Assembly: GCA_965648915.1 (NCBI GenBank) | Contig: CBFGIV010000001.1 | Span: 96,001 to 160,000, forward strand | Source: a candidate division WOR-3 bacterium | GTDB lineage: Bacteria > Hydrothermota > Tepidihabitantia > SM23-42 > CAYGYG01 | Direction of reading: 5' to 3' | DNA: 64,000 nt | In this document: piece after piece, positions 10,682-19,485 of the stretch | Position numbering within the stretch: the stretch's first letter is position 1 | How the letters are laid out: every line of letters starts with the position of its first letter | Notes under the pieces: generated by a model | Databases searched by the model: none | Seen by the model: the letters and a program-made list of their open reading frames with translations, nothing else | Told to the model about the DNA's origin: nothing | Translations under genes and position numbers: made by a program

Positions 10682-12495
10682 TACTTAAGGATATCTTTAT
10701 AACCATCGAGAACAAGTCGATAGTACCTGAGTGCATTCTCCTCATCACCCATTTCTCGATAAAGATCGCCCATCTGTTCGTAGAGGCTTATTACCAGATT
10801 GACATCGGCCTGTCCACCCTGGTCAATTTTATTGCGAACGAATTCCAGGGCCTGGGTGAGATACTCTATGGCATTGTCCCAGCCATTCAATCTTTTTACA
10901 TAAAGCGCGCACTTTTGCAGGGCGCCGATTGCTTCATCATACTCTTCAGCCTGGATGTGGTGAAATGCAATATGCTCAAAATACCTATTTATCTTTTCAT
11001 AAAATTGGGCCATTTTCGAGTGCGCCGATTTTTTATCCTCGATTGTTTCGTAGAAGCGCTGGTGAATGACCCGATGGCTGAAACGATAATGGCCGAATTT
11101 CCTCTGCAGAAAACCGAGTTCCACCGCCTTTTCCAAGATCGGGAAAAAATCGCGCTGGGGGAAGAGTTGATTGACCAGTTCCGTATTTACCTCCATACCC
11201 AGCAGGGTAATATTTTGAAGTATCTTCTGCTCATCAGGATCGAGAAGGCTAATCCGTCGATCGATAATCGATGCCAGATCGCCAAAAGACAGGGGAACTG
11301 ATAGTTGTTTAGTCTCATCGGCAAATAATCTATACATCGTCATATTGCTCGTCTCTTCGTACAGTCTTAAGTACTGATAAAGGTGAAGGGGAGTCGCCGG
11401 GGGGATGTTTATTTCATCGGTAATAAATTTTCGAATCAGGAAATCCTGGTCCTCACTCTTTAAGGGCAGAACTTCGATGGTGTAGCAGTCATCTTTTAAG
11501 CGGGGACGAAATTCCGAGGTTACGATAAACATTATCTTCTCTTCTTTAATTTCATTGATGAGAAAACGGAGCAATCTCATTGAGGAGGTGTCAATGTGAT
11601 CAATATCCTCAAAGACTAAAATCAGACCCTTATCCCAGGATTCACGCACCAGAACTTCACGGATGGTGGTAGTAAATATTGTCTCTTTCATCTTTGTGTC
11701 TAATTTGGAGATAATATTATCCTCTTCACTCACACCAAAGAGGTCAGTTAAAAAATAAAAAGCAGTTGCAATGTCACTGATATCGAGGGCTTTAATCTTT
11801 TCTTCAATTTTTTTATGGATTGTCTCACTATTATCCCCGATTTCGATTTTAAGAATACGGGCGAGAATTTCAAGAAAGGGGGCAAAAGTTAAGTGGGGTA
11901 TGAAATTATAACAATTACCCACAATGAATTTAAATTGAGGATACGCATCGTGCAGTTGATTGACCAGGGTGGTTTTACCGATTCCTTCCGGACCGTAAAT
12001 TTCGACCAGGCAGGTTCTGGGTTTGTAAATCTCAGCGGTGATTGTGCCTAACTGTTTTAACTCTTCTTCTTTTATGATTAGGGGGTAACGCTCTTGAGGT
12101 TTTAATTCAAAATCCTTTTTAAGCGTATCGATTGAGTAGACCAGGATTTCGCTCTGCATCCCTTCCATTGTCAGCATCCCCATACTGGTAATTTCTACCC
12201 AGCTCATCAAAGGTTGAATAACTTCTTCGGCGAGAAGGATCTCGCCCGGTTTGGCAATCTTGGCCAGACCCTGAGCCAGACCTGGGTAGAGAGATATTCC
12301 ACCACCACATTTTGTAAAATTCTTGGTCAAGCTGTGCATAACCCGGGCAGCAACATTGACATCATCAAAGAAGACAGTAAGAATGTTCTTGCTGGTCTCA
12401 AAGACAGAGCCGCCATAAGAACGAACAAAATCGAGAACTCGATAAAAATCCTGCATTGCTACATCTTTCAGCATTATTGAGAGATAGCACTCCAT
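10681..12495 (-). CDS. Degenerate class III cyclase-like domain + STAND/AAA ATPase + TPR protein
   Basis: N-terminal YGGSVF...AKPGEILL...EGMQSEILVY; Walker A GPEGIGKTT; Walker B LVFEDID; C-terminal TPRs. Confidence 0.75.
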   Translation of the reverse strand: MECYLSIMLKDVAMQDFYRVLDFVRSYGGSVFETSKNILTVFFDDVNVAARVMHSLTKNFTKCGGGISLYPGLAQGLAKIAKPGEILLAEEVIQPLMSWVEITSMGMLTMEGMQSEILVYSIDTLKKDFELKPQERYPLIIKEEELKQLGTITAEIYKPRTCLVEIYGPEGIGKTTLVNQLHDAYPQFKFIVGNCYNFIPHLTFAPFLEILARILKIEIGDNSETIHKKIEEKIKALDISDIATAFYFLTDLFGVSEEDNIISKLDTKMKETIFTTTIREVLVRESWDKGLILVFEDIDHIDTSSMRLLRFLINEIKEEKIMFIVTSEFRPRLKDDCYTIEVLPLKSEDQDFLIRKFITDEINIPPATPLHLYQYLRLYEETSNMTMYRLFADETKQLSVPLSFGDLASIIDRRISLLDPDEQKILQNITLLGMEVNTELVNQLFPQRDFFPILEKAVELGFLQRKFGHYRFSHRVIHQRFYETIEDKKSAHSKMAQFYEKINRYFEHIAFHHIQAEEYDEAIGALQKCALYVKRLNGWDNAIEYLTQALEFVRNKIDQGGQADVNLVISLYEQMGDLYREMGDEENALRYYRLVLDGYKDILK

Positions 12496-12906
12496 TTACC
12501 TATTCCTTTTGAGTTTAAATTCTTTAGCCAGCAGTTGCCGGTAAGGGTAGGCTTTGACCTGATCATAGGGTCCAATCGTAAATATGGTAATATCAGGTGA
12601 AAATTCACCAAGGACCTGCAGACAGGCACCGCAGGGTGTGATAAAGTCAATCTCTTTGGAATAGAGCACCAGCGCCCGAAATGATGTCTCACCTTCAGAT
12701 ATTGCCTTAAAGATTGCCACTCGTTCGGCGCAGATCGTCAGACCGTAAGATGCATTTTCAATATTGGCACCGGTGAAAATCTTCCGATTTTTAGTATAGA
12801 GCGCAGCACCGACTGCAATCTTGGAATATGGTGCATATGCGAACCGAACCGCGGTCTTGGCTTTTTCAAATAGTTTTAAGTATTTCTGGATAGAAACTCT
12901 GCCCAT
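12496..12906 (-). CDS. cdd: Cytidine deaminase
   Basis: AYAPYSK, GANIENASYGLTICAERVA, PCGAC zinc motif. Confidence 0.95.
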   Translation of the reverse strand: MGRVSIQKYLKLFEKAKTAVRFAYAPYSKIAVGAALYTKNRKIFTGANIENASYGLTICAERVAIFKAISEGETSFRALVLYSKEIDFITPCGACLQVLGEFSPDITIFTIGPYDQVKAYPYRQLLAKEFKLKRNR

Positions 12907-14044
12907 TTTTTAACCCCATTATATTCAGATATTCAGCGGCGGTCCGGGCAAGGTCAGCGAATGTCTTCCTGACACCTAAGTTAATATTGGATTTAAATCT
13001 TTCGCCCCAGACCAGAAGCGGAACATATTCCCGGGAGTGGTCAGTCGATAGTGTGGTTGGATCGCAGCCGTGGTCAGCAGTGATAAAGATTAGATCGTCT
13101 CTTTTGAAATGTTTCATAGTCTGTTTTAAATGTTGATCGAAGTCTTGCAAACCCTGATAGAAATTTTTGATATCGTTGCGGTGCCCCCAGTCCATATCAA
13201 ATTGAATCAGATTAACAATTATGATACCTTCTTTCAGATTGGATAGAACATCATTCAGAAGTTTCATACATTCGTGGTTATTGACTGAATGGAATGATTT
13301 TGTATAGCCTCGATGACCGAAGAGGTCATCGACCTTACCAATTACCCAGACCTCATATCCTTTTTTAACCGCGAGATCGAGCAGGGTCGATTCGGGTGGG
13401 GTGATCGAATAGTCTTTGCGCTCAGGGGTTCGCTTAAAATTGCCCGGTTTACCAGTAAATGGTCGGGCAATGACCCTTGCAACATTATATTCACCGTTGA
13501 GCAGGGTTCGGGCAATTTCGCACATACGATAGAGTTCATCCAGCGGAATGATTTCCTTATGGGCAGCGATCTGAAAGACACTGTCAGCCGATGTATAAAT
13601 TATCGGATAGCCGGTCTCGATATGTTTGGGACCGAGTTTTTCTATTATCTCAGTTCCTGAAGCAGGGATGTTACCGAGGGTCTTACGCCCGATCCTTTTC
13701 TCAAACTCTTTGATTAATTTTTCGGGAAAACCATCGGGATAAGTAGCAAAAGGTCTGTTAAGGATGACCCCACAGATCTCCCAGTGGCCGGTAGTCGAAT
13801 CTTTACCCGGTGAGACCTCTGCCATTTTGCCATAGGAGGCAATTGCCTCGATACTATTTTTAAGTCCTTTGATTCTGATAATCTTTCCCATACCTAAAGA
13901 TTCAAGAACCGGCAGATGGCATCCACCCACTGCTTCGGCCAGGTTGCCGAGGGTATTACTACCTTCATCCTGATATTTAAAGGCATCGGGGAGTTCACCG
14001 ATACCAACACCATCGAGGATGATAACGACCACCCTTTTTCCCAT
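12866..14044 (-). CDS. deoB: Phosphopentomutase
   Basis: ILDGVGIGELPDA, GKDSTTGHWE, YTSADSVFQIAAH, ARVIARPF, ADHGCDPT, DHSREYVP. Confidence 0.95.
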   Translation of the reverse strand: MGKRVVVIILDGVGIGELPDAFKYQDEGSNTLGNLAEAVGGCHLPVLESLGMGKIIRIKGLKNSIEAIASYGKMAEVSPGKDSTTGHWEICGVILNRPFATYPDGFPEKLIKEFEKRIGRKTLGNIPASGTEIIEKLGPKHIETGYPIIYTSADSVFQIAAHKEIIPLDELYRMCEIARTLLNGEYNVARVIARPFTGKPGNFKRTPERKDYSITPPESTLLDLAVKKGYEVWVIGKVDDLFGHRGYTKSFHSVNNHECMKLLNDVLSNLKEGIIIVNLIQFDMDWGHRNDIKNFYQGLQDFDQHLKQTMKHFKRDDLIFITADHGCDPTTLSTDHSREYVPLLVWGERFKSNINLGVRKTFADLARTAAEYLNIMGLKNGQSFYPEILKTI

Positions 14045-14050
14045 AAACTA

Positions 14051-14078
14051 ATAATATTCAAATTTTCTACAAAGTAAA
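14051..14078 (-). promoter_or_regulatory. Sigma70-type promoter of the deoB operon, probably leaderless
   Basis: Minus strand TTTACT-N16-TATTAT-N6-ATG; no SD. Confidence 0.55.
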
Positions 14079-14121
14079 GAAAAAATGTTAATTTAATAAT
14101 GGAGTCTGGCTTTCTTTTTCC

Positions 14122-14149
14122 TTGACTTAACTATTTTCCTTGCTAAACT
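14122..14149 (+). promoter_or_regulatory. Sigma70-type promoter of the glycoside hydrolase-like gene
   Basis: TTGACT-N16-TAAACT with a TGn extension. Confidence 0.6.
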
Positions 14150-14198
14150 CTAAATGGGTTTAAAGCATCGATAATATGATTATCGTTAAAATTTCTTT

Positions 14199-15932
14199 AT
14201 GCATCTAATTTTAATTGCCCTTCTTAATGTTTCAGATTCTCTGCATCGGGGGATGTGGGTTAGGGCCTCGGCGCTGGTCTCTCCCGATTCGATAGCAAAG
14301 ATAATAGCAATCGCTGATACTTTTAAGATCACCGATATCTATGCCCAGGTTGTAATCGGTGGCTATGCCTATTATGATTCAAAAGTCTTACCCAAAAGTC
14401 AGTATCTAACTAAAGTTGCACTGGTGGATTATGATCCGCTCGATTACTTGTTATGGGTTGCCCACAAAAGATCGTTAAGGGTTCATGCCTGGATCAATAC
14501 TCTGCTCGTCTGGTCTTTAGCGACACCACCCGATTCGACCCGCCATATTTTTTATCAACATCCGGAGTGGTTTATCAAAGATGTGCGTGGTCGTTCAATG
14601 GCGCAATATAGTTATGATGAGTGGAAGAATTATGGACTGGAGGGGCTCTATATCGATCCAGCACGATTAGAAGTTCGTCAGTATATTGCGGATATCTGTG
14701 CCGAAATTGCCAGAGAATATCGGGTTGATGGCGTCCATCTCGATTTTATCAGGTATCCGGGAACTTTATGGGGATTGCCTGAAGGTGAAATGGCTGCTAT
14801 TTTCTCTGGCCTTGAGGCCGATACCCTGCGCTGGCTCGACCTGATTCGATACCCGCGTCTTTCCCTCTATTTACGCTGGATGGTCTGGCATTTTTATCAA
14901 TTTAACCGGTGGCGAAATCACTATATTGCTCAGTTGGTGAAGGAAGTCAGAAGTAAAGTTCAAACAATTTGTAAGGATTGGAGATGTGCAATAACTGCAG
15001 CCATTTTTAGTTTACCGAGTCAGGCACATTATCGATTTGGCCAGGAGTGGTGGCGATGGGGTGATTTCATTGATTATCCGGTTATTATGTCATATACACC
15101 TGATACCGGCCTGTTCACTGATATGGTAAATTTTGGTCTGGCCCGAAGAAGGGATGCAGTATTCGGAATCGGTCTGATCTGGCCCGAGATGAGAAAGATC
15201 GCCTACTGGCAGATGGATAAAATAGAGAAGGCTTCAGCGCGCGGATTAAGTTTCTTCGATTTCAAAGGGCTCGATACTCTGCTGGAGTGGAAGCAAAAGA
15301 TTGATGAACCGATCGACAGTTTTGTAATTGATAGCAGTCGTTATGCAGCTATTAAAGATTTAATAATTGAAAGGCCTGATTCAGATTTAATCACTATGGG
15401 GAGGAAATTTCTGGCCTGGGGTGAGGAACTTGAATTTGCAGGATTTTTGCTCAGCTTATCCCTTAACCCAGAGCGGGACTTAAATCGACTCGGTCTGACC
15501 CGGGAGCAATTTTTGAAGCTGATTGAGAATGATGTTGCTTTTTTTAAATCGGTCGATTTGAAAATCTTTCCACTTGGCCGGGAGTTGATTGAACCACCCT
15601 GGCGGGAAGTGAGATTCGAATTTCTTCCCTGGAGTGAAGATTCAAACTATATAAGAATGAGGGCTAATCAGACAAAACAATTAACTCAGAAGAGGAAGTT
15701 TTATCCCTGGGCAATGGATCGATTTGGCCGTGCGGTATTCAGGAGAGAGGGAAAAGGGAGAAATATCTACCCTGCGCCTGAAGGCATTTATGCCTTCAAG
15801 ATCAAAAAAATCTATCCGGGCGGAAAAAAGGTACTGAGAGAAAAAATCCCTGCTGAACTACTTCCTCTGTACTTAAACTGGACAATAAAGATGAAATTTA
15901 TGGATCTGGTTATGAAAAAGGCAGACATGTAG
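14199..15932 (+). CDS. GHL10/DUF187 glycoside hydrolase-like protein with C-terminal extension
   Basis: RGMWV, LRVHAWIN, HPEW, YRVDGVHLDFIRYP, PVIMSY. Confidence 0.8.
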   Translation: MHLILIALLNVSDSLHRGMWVRASALVSPDSIAKIIAIADTFKITDIYAQVVIGGYAYYDSKVLPKSQYLTKVALVDYDPLDYLLWVAHKRSLRVHAWINTLLVWSLATPPDSTRHIFYQHPEWFIKDVRGRSMAQYSYDEWKNYGLEGLYIDPARLEVRQYIADICAEIAREYRVDGVHLDFIRYPGTLWGLPEGEMAAIFSGLEADTLRWLDLIRYPRLSLYLRWMVWHFYQFNRWRNHYIAQLVKEVRSKVQTICKDWRCAITAAIFSLPSQAHYRFGQEWWRWGDFIDYPVIMSYTPDTGLFTDMVNFGLARRRDAVFGIGLIWPEMRKIAYWQMDKIEKASARGLSFFDFKGLDTLLEWKQKIDEPIDSFVIDSSRYAAIKDLIIERPDSDLITMGRKFLAWGEELEFAGFLLSLSLNPERDLNRLGLTREQFLKLIENDVAFFKSVDLKIFPLGRELIEPPWREVRFEFLPWSEDSNYIRMRANQTKQLTQKRKFYPWAMDRFGRAVFRREGKGRNIYPAPEGIYAFKIKKIYPGGKKVLREKIPAELLPLYLNWTIKMKFMDLVMKKADM

Positions 15933-15961
15933 ACCGGAGTTAGAATTATCGTTCTTCTTTC

Positions 15962-15989
15962 TTTACTTTTGCTATGATATGAATATAAT
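15962..15989 (+). promoter_or_regulatory. Sigma70-type promoter of the NTase-HTH pair
   Basis: TTTACT-N16-TATAAT. Confidence 0.55.
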
Positions 15990-16048
15990 CTTAATTGAAG
16001 GATACTTAAAAAAATTAAAACTGTAATTATGAATCTTAATGTGAGGTA

Positions 16049-16525
16049 ATGATGCAATCAGTTCCGCCCTTTTTTGTAATTTTAAAAAGATTCTATGAAG
16101 AAGAGGTGAAATATATTATTATCGGAGGTGTGGCTGCAGTATTATATGGCGTCCCGAGAGCGACTTTTGATCTTGACATAATCTTAGATTTTTCCGAACA
16201 AAATGTTGATAAACTCATTAAGGTCTTAAACGAATTTAACCTGAGACCAACTGTTCCAATTTCACCGATCGACTTTTGTAGTAAAGAAAAACGAGACGAT
16301 TGGACAAAAAACAAGAATGCAAAAGTTATAAATTTTATAGATCCTGCTGGTAATTACCGGTTAGATGTTGCTTTAATCTATGATTACAACAAGACCAATA
16401 GAATTGTATTGGAAATTGAGAATATCAGAATTTATGTGGTTGATAAGGAGACTCTTATCAAGATGAAAACTGAAGCAGGCCGGGACATCGATCTTCGGGA
16501 TATTAAAAATCTGATCGGAATATGA
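16049..16525 (+). CDS. Pol-beta superfamily nucleotidyltransferase (DUF6036/AbiEii-like)
   Basis: IIGGVAAVLYGVPRATFDLD motif; C-terminal LIKMK..AGR.ID..DI. Confidence 0.85.
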   Translation: MMQSVPPFFVILKRFYEEEVKYIIIGGVAAVLYGVPRATFDLDIILDFSEQNVDKLIKVLNEFNLRPTVPISPIDFCSKEKRDDWTKNKNAKVINFIDPAGNYRLDVALIYDYNKTNRIVLEIENIRIYVVDKETLIKMKTEAGRDIDLRDIKNLIGI

Positions 16526-16842
16526 ATATCTATACACAGCGATTAGAAATATTGAATGCAATGCTTGAGTTTCTAAAGAAGATTTACACCCCTGCAAAAT
16601 TGCGATACTGGCAAGATATAGAGTGTAATAGAGATGGTGTGCCCCAAAGATTATGGCGACTCCGGGAGCATTTAAAATTAGATATCGACTCCTTTGCTCA
16701 TTCCATTGGCTTATCGCCCACTTATTACGGGGAACTGGAAAAGATTGGTGCGCGGGTTCCTGAATATGTAATTGAGTCTGTTGCCCGCAAATATCGTATT
16801 AATAAAGAATGGTTGAGGGCAAAAGATGAAAATTTTGAATAA
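16522..16842 (+). CDS. Small protein with C-terminal Cro/C1 (XRE) HTH
   Basis: ATGA overlap with the NTase; RLWRLREHLKLDIDSFAHSIGLSPTYYGELE...INKEWL is an XRE HTH pattern. Confidence 0.75.
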   Translation: MNIYTQRLEILNAMLEFLKKIYTPAKLRYWQDIECNRDGVPQRLWRLREHLKLDIDSFAHSIGLSPTYYGELEKIGARVPEYVIESVARKYRINKEWLRAKDENFE

Positions 16843-16971
16843 TGTGAACAGAGGCAGAACTATATTTTATTATTTCTTCACAAAACATAAAAAACCCGAG
16901 GACCAGGATTAGAATACCCTATACACCATATTGTCTCAATCAGTTGATAACTGAATTAACATAACAAAGAT

Positions 16972-17006
16972 AGATGATAGATGTCAGATAGTAAATAGAA
17001 AGTAGA
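16972..17006. repeat. Degenerate 7-bp periodic repeat
   Basis: AGATGAT AGATGTC AGATAGT AAATAGA AAGTAGA. Confidence 0.5.
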
Positions 17007-17030
17007 GGAGAAAGATCGATGCACGATGCT

Positions 17031-17124
17031 GGTCGGTTTGATCTGTTTGGTTTATCTGGTCTTTCTGGTCTGTTTAGTCTATTTGGTCTGTCTGGTCTAT
17101 TTAGTCTGTTTGGTTTATCTGGTT
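17031..17124. repeat. Degenerate 9-bp tandem repeat, 10 units plus a partial
   Basis: GGTCGGTTT GATCTGTTT GGTTTATCT GGTCTTTCT GGTCTGTTT AGTCTATTT GGTCTGTCT GGTCTATTT AGTCTGTTT GGTTTATCT GGTT. Confidence 0.9.
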
Positions 17125-17338
17125 AAAGAAAAATGATTGAGGGGGGATGAGATTTTTCGCGTCGCTCAGAATGGCACATCATCATTAGCAAAGAGATTGA
17201 GGCCATCCGTCTTAAGATGAACACTACAATTAGCCGGTTTTTCCCTCTTGGAAAAGAGAAATTCTACCTCTGGCAAATTAAAGGCAGTGAGTCAGATGGA
17301 AAAATAGGGAGAAGATAATATTTCGACGGTAAGACTGA

Positions 17339-18112
17339 TTAACTCCATTTCGGTGGACGTTTCTCAAGAAATGCCTTCATCCCTTCTTTTGACTCGGGCA
17401 GAGAAAAGAGGATGGAGAATGCCTCCATTTCGTAAGAACAAGCAGTGGTTAGATTGGCATCGATACCCCGATTGATAACGGTCTTGGCCAATTTTACTGC
17501 GGTTGGCCCGACATCGATTATCTTCTTTGCCATATTTTTAGCTTCGTTTAGTAATTCCTCAGGTATTGTGACCTTATTTACAAGTCCGATTCGAAGCGCT
17601 TCGTTCGCATCAATCAGATCGCCGGTAAAGATGAGCTCTTTTGCCTTGCCCAATCCCACCAGCCGGGCAAGCCTTTGCGTGCCGGCGTGGCCGGGGATCA
17701 AGCCCAATTTCACCTCAGGTTGTCCGAACTTTGCTTTATCTGAAGCAATTCTGATGTCGCAAGCCATAGCAATTTCACAACCCGAGCCGAGCGCAAAACC
17801 GTTCACCGCAGCAATTACAACTTTCTCCATATTTTCGATATAGGCGAGGACCCGCTGGCCAATCATACTATATTCACGAGCCTTTAAGGAGTCCATCTCG
17901 GCCAGTCGAGAAATGTCTGACCCTGAAACAAAAGACTTTCCTTCGCCAGTTAAGATGATAACCCGGATCGATTGATCCTGGTTAAGTTCTTGAAGAAGTT
18001 GCTCAAGTTCGAGGATGGTTTCGATATTTACTGCATTGAGAACCTGGGGGCGGTTGAATTTTATAATCGCAATCCCGGGCTCTTTTTCGACTAAAAGGTA
18101 TTGATAAGCCAT
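17339..18112 (-). CDS. crt: Enoyl-CoA hydratase (crotonase)
   Basis: NRPQVLNA, FVSGSDI, AVNGFALGSGCE, FGQPEVKLGLIPG, EGMKAFLEKR. Confidence 0.9.
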   Translation of the reverse strand: MAYQYLLVEKEPGIAIIKFNRPQVLNAVNIETILELEQLLQELNQDQSIRVIILTGEGKSFVSGSDISRLAEMDSLKAREYSMIGQRVLAYIENMEKVVIAAVNGFALGSGCEIAMACDIRIASDKAKFGQPEVKLGLIPGHAGTQRLARLVGLGKAKELIFTGDLIDANEALRIGLVNKVTIPEELLNEAKNMAKKIIDVGPTAVKLAKTVINRGIDANLTTACSYEMEAFSILFSLPESKEGMKAFLEKRPPKWS

Positions 18113-18167
18113 TATACCTCCTTATTCAATTTATGCGTGGTTAATAATCGGCACAATAAATTTAAAT

Positions 18168-19472
18168 CTATAATTTTTTGAGCAGGCCTTTCTCATATGC
18201 CTCTTTCTCAAGTCGTTCGCGATGGTCGGGGTGAGCAATAGAGATAAGAGAAAGGGCGCGTTCTCTGAGATTCTTACCGTGGAGATAGGCAATGCCAAAC
18301 TCAGTAACGACATAATGGACATCGCCCCTTGAAGTGACCACACCAGCACCTTCTTTTAAGGTTGAGACAATGCGGGAGACTTTTCCATCTTTGGCGGTGG
18401 CGGGTAGGGCGATAATCGGTTTTCCGCCCTTAGAACTGGCTGCACCTCGAATAAAGTCGACCTGGCCACCAATTCCTGAATAGATCCGGGAGCCAATTGA
18501 ATCGGCACAGACCTGTCCGGTCAGATCAACCTCAATTGCTGAGTTGATTGCCACCATCTTTTCATTCTGGGCGATGATGAAGGGATTGTTGGTATAGTCG
18601 GTTGGATGCATCTCAAAAAGTGGATTGTTGTGGGCATATTGATAGAGATTCCTGGAACCAAAGATAAAAGTAGCCACAACCTTACCGGGATGGAGAGTCT
18701 TTCTTCTTCCGGTCACAATGCCCGACTCAATTGCCTCCATTATTCCATCCGAGACCATCTCGGTATGGATACCGAGGTCTCTTCGCCCTTTTAGGTTGGC
18801 AATCACTGCATCCGGGATACCACCGATGCCCAGTTGTAAGGTTGAGCCGTCTTCAATCAGGGAGAGGATGTAATCGGCAATACGTTTTTCGACCTGGGTT
18901 GGTTCTTTAGCAATAAGTTCAGGAAGTTCTTGAGAGATCTCGACAATCTTATTCACCCGTGATACATGGATGAAGCAATCGCCGAGAGTTCGGGGCATCT
19001 TTTCATTTACCTGACAGATGACAATCTTGGCGGTTTCGGCCGCAGCCTTGGAACAGAGCGCCTCTACCCCGAGACTGAGAAAGCCGTGCTGGTCGGGTGG
19101 TGAGGTATGAATCAGGGCAACATCGATGGGCAGAATTCCGGAGTGGAAGAGATTGGGAATTTGATAGAGAAAGACCGGGATATAATCGGCCCGACCCGCA
19201 TTCACTGCTTCGCGGTCTGCCGGGCCGACAAAGAGAGAATTATGCCGGAAATGTCCAGCCATTTCTGGTTTGGATGTTGGTTCGTCACCCCAGAGGAGAA
19301 CATGGGTGATTTCGACATTTGATAACTTTTCAGATCTCCGGGCAAGCCCTTCAAGTAAAGTATATGGTGTTGCCGCATTTCCACTTATAAAGACCCGGTC
19401 GTTGCTTTTAATAACTGAAACTGCTTCCTCGACCGAACTTAACTTCCTTTTATATTCATCAAGCCAGTTCAT
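18168..19472 (-). CDS. Acetyl-CoA hydrolase/transferase family (4-hydroxybutyrate CoA-transferase-like)
   Basis: TLQLGIGGIPDAV, LGIHTEM, INSAIEVDLTGQV, SGIGGQVDF, VVTEFG. Confidence 0.92.
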   Translation of the reverse strand: MNWLDEYKRKLSSVEEAVSVIKSNDRVFISGNAATPYTLLEGLARRSEKLSNVEITHVLLWGDEPTSKPEMAGHFRHNSLFVGPADREAVNAGRADYIPVFLYQIPNLFHSGILPIDVALIHTSPPDQHGFLSLGVEALCSKAAAETAKIVICQVNEKMPRTLGDCFIHVSRVNKIVEISQELPELIAKEPTQVEKRIADYILSLIEDGSTLQLGIGGIPDAVIANLKGRRDLGIHTEMVSDGIMEAIESGIVTGRRKTLHPGKVVATFIFGSRNLYQYAHNNPLFEMHPTDYTNNPFIIAQNEKMVAINSAIEVDLTGQVCADSIGSRIYSGIGGQVDFIRGAASSKGGKPIIALPATAKDGKVSRIVSTLKEGAGVVTSRGDVHYVVTEFGIAYLHGKNLRERALSLISIAHPDHRERLEKEAYEKGLLKKL

Positions 19473-19485
19473 AATTAGACCTCTT

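Noticed and set aside
17031..17124. Repeat array as a CRISPR
   Set aside because: Contiguous 9-bp units with no unique spacers and no cas genes in the window.
17172..17191. TGGCAC...TTAGCA as a second sigma54 promoter
   Set aside because: GG-to-GC spacing is longer than the required 10 nt, and no plus-strand gene follows.
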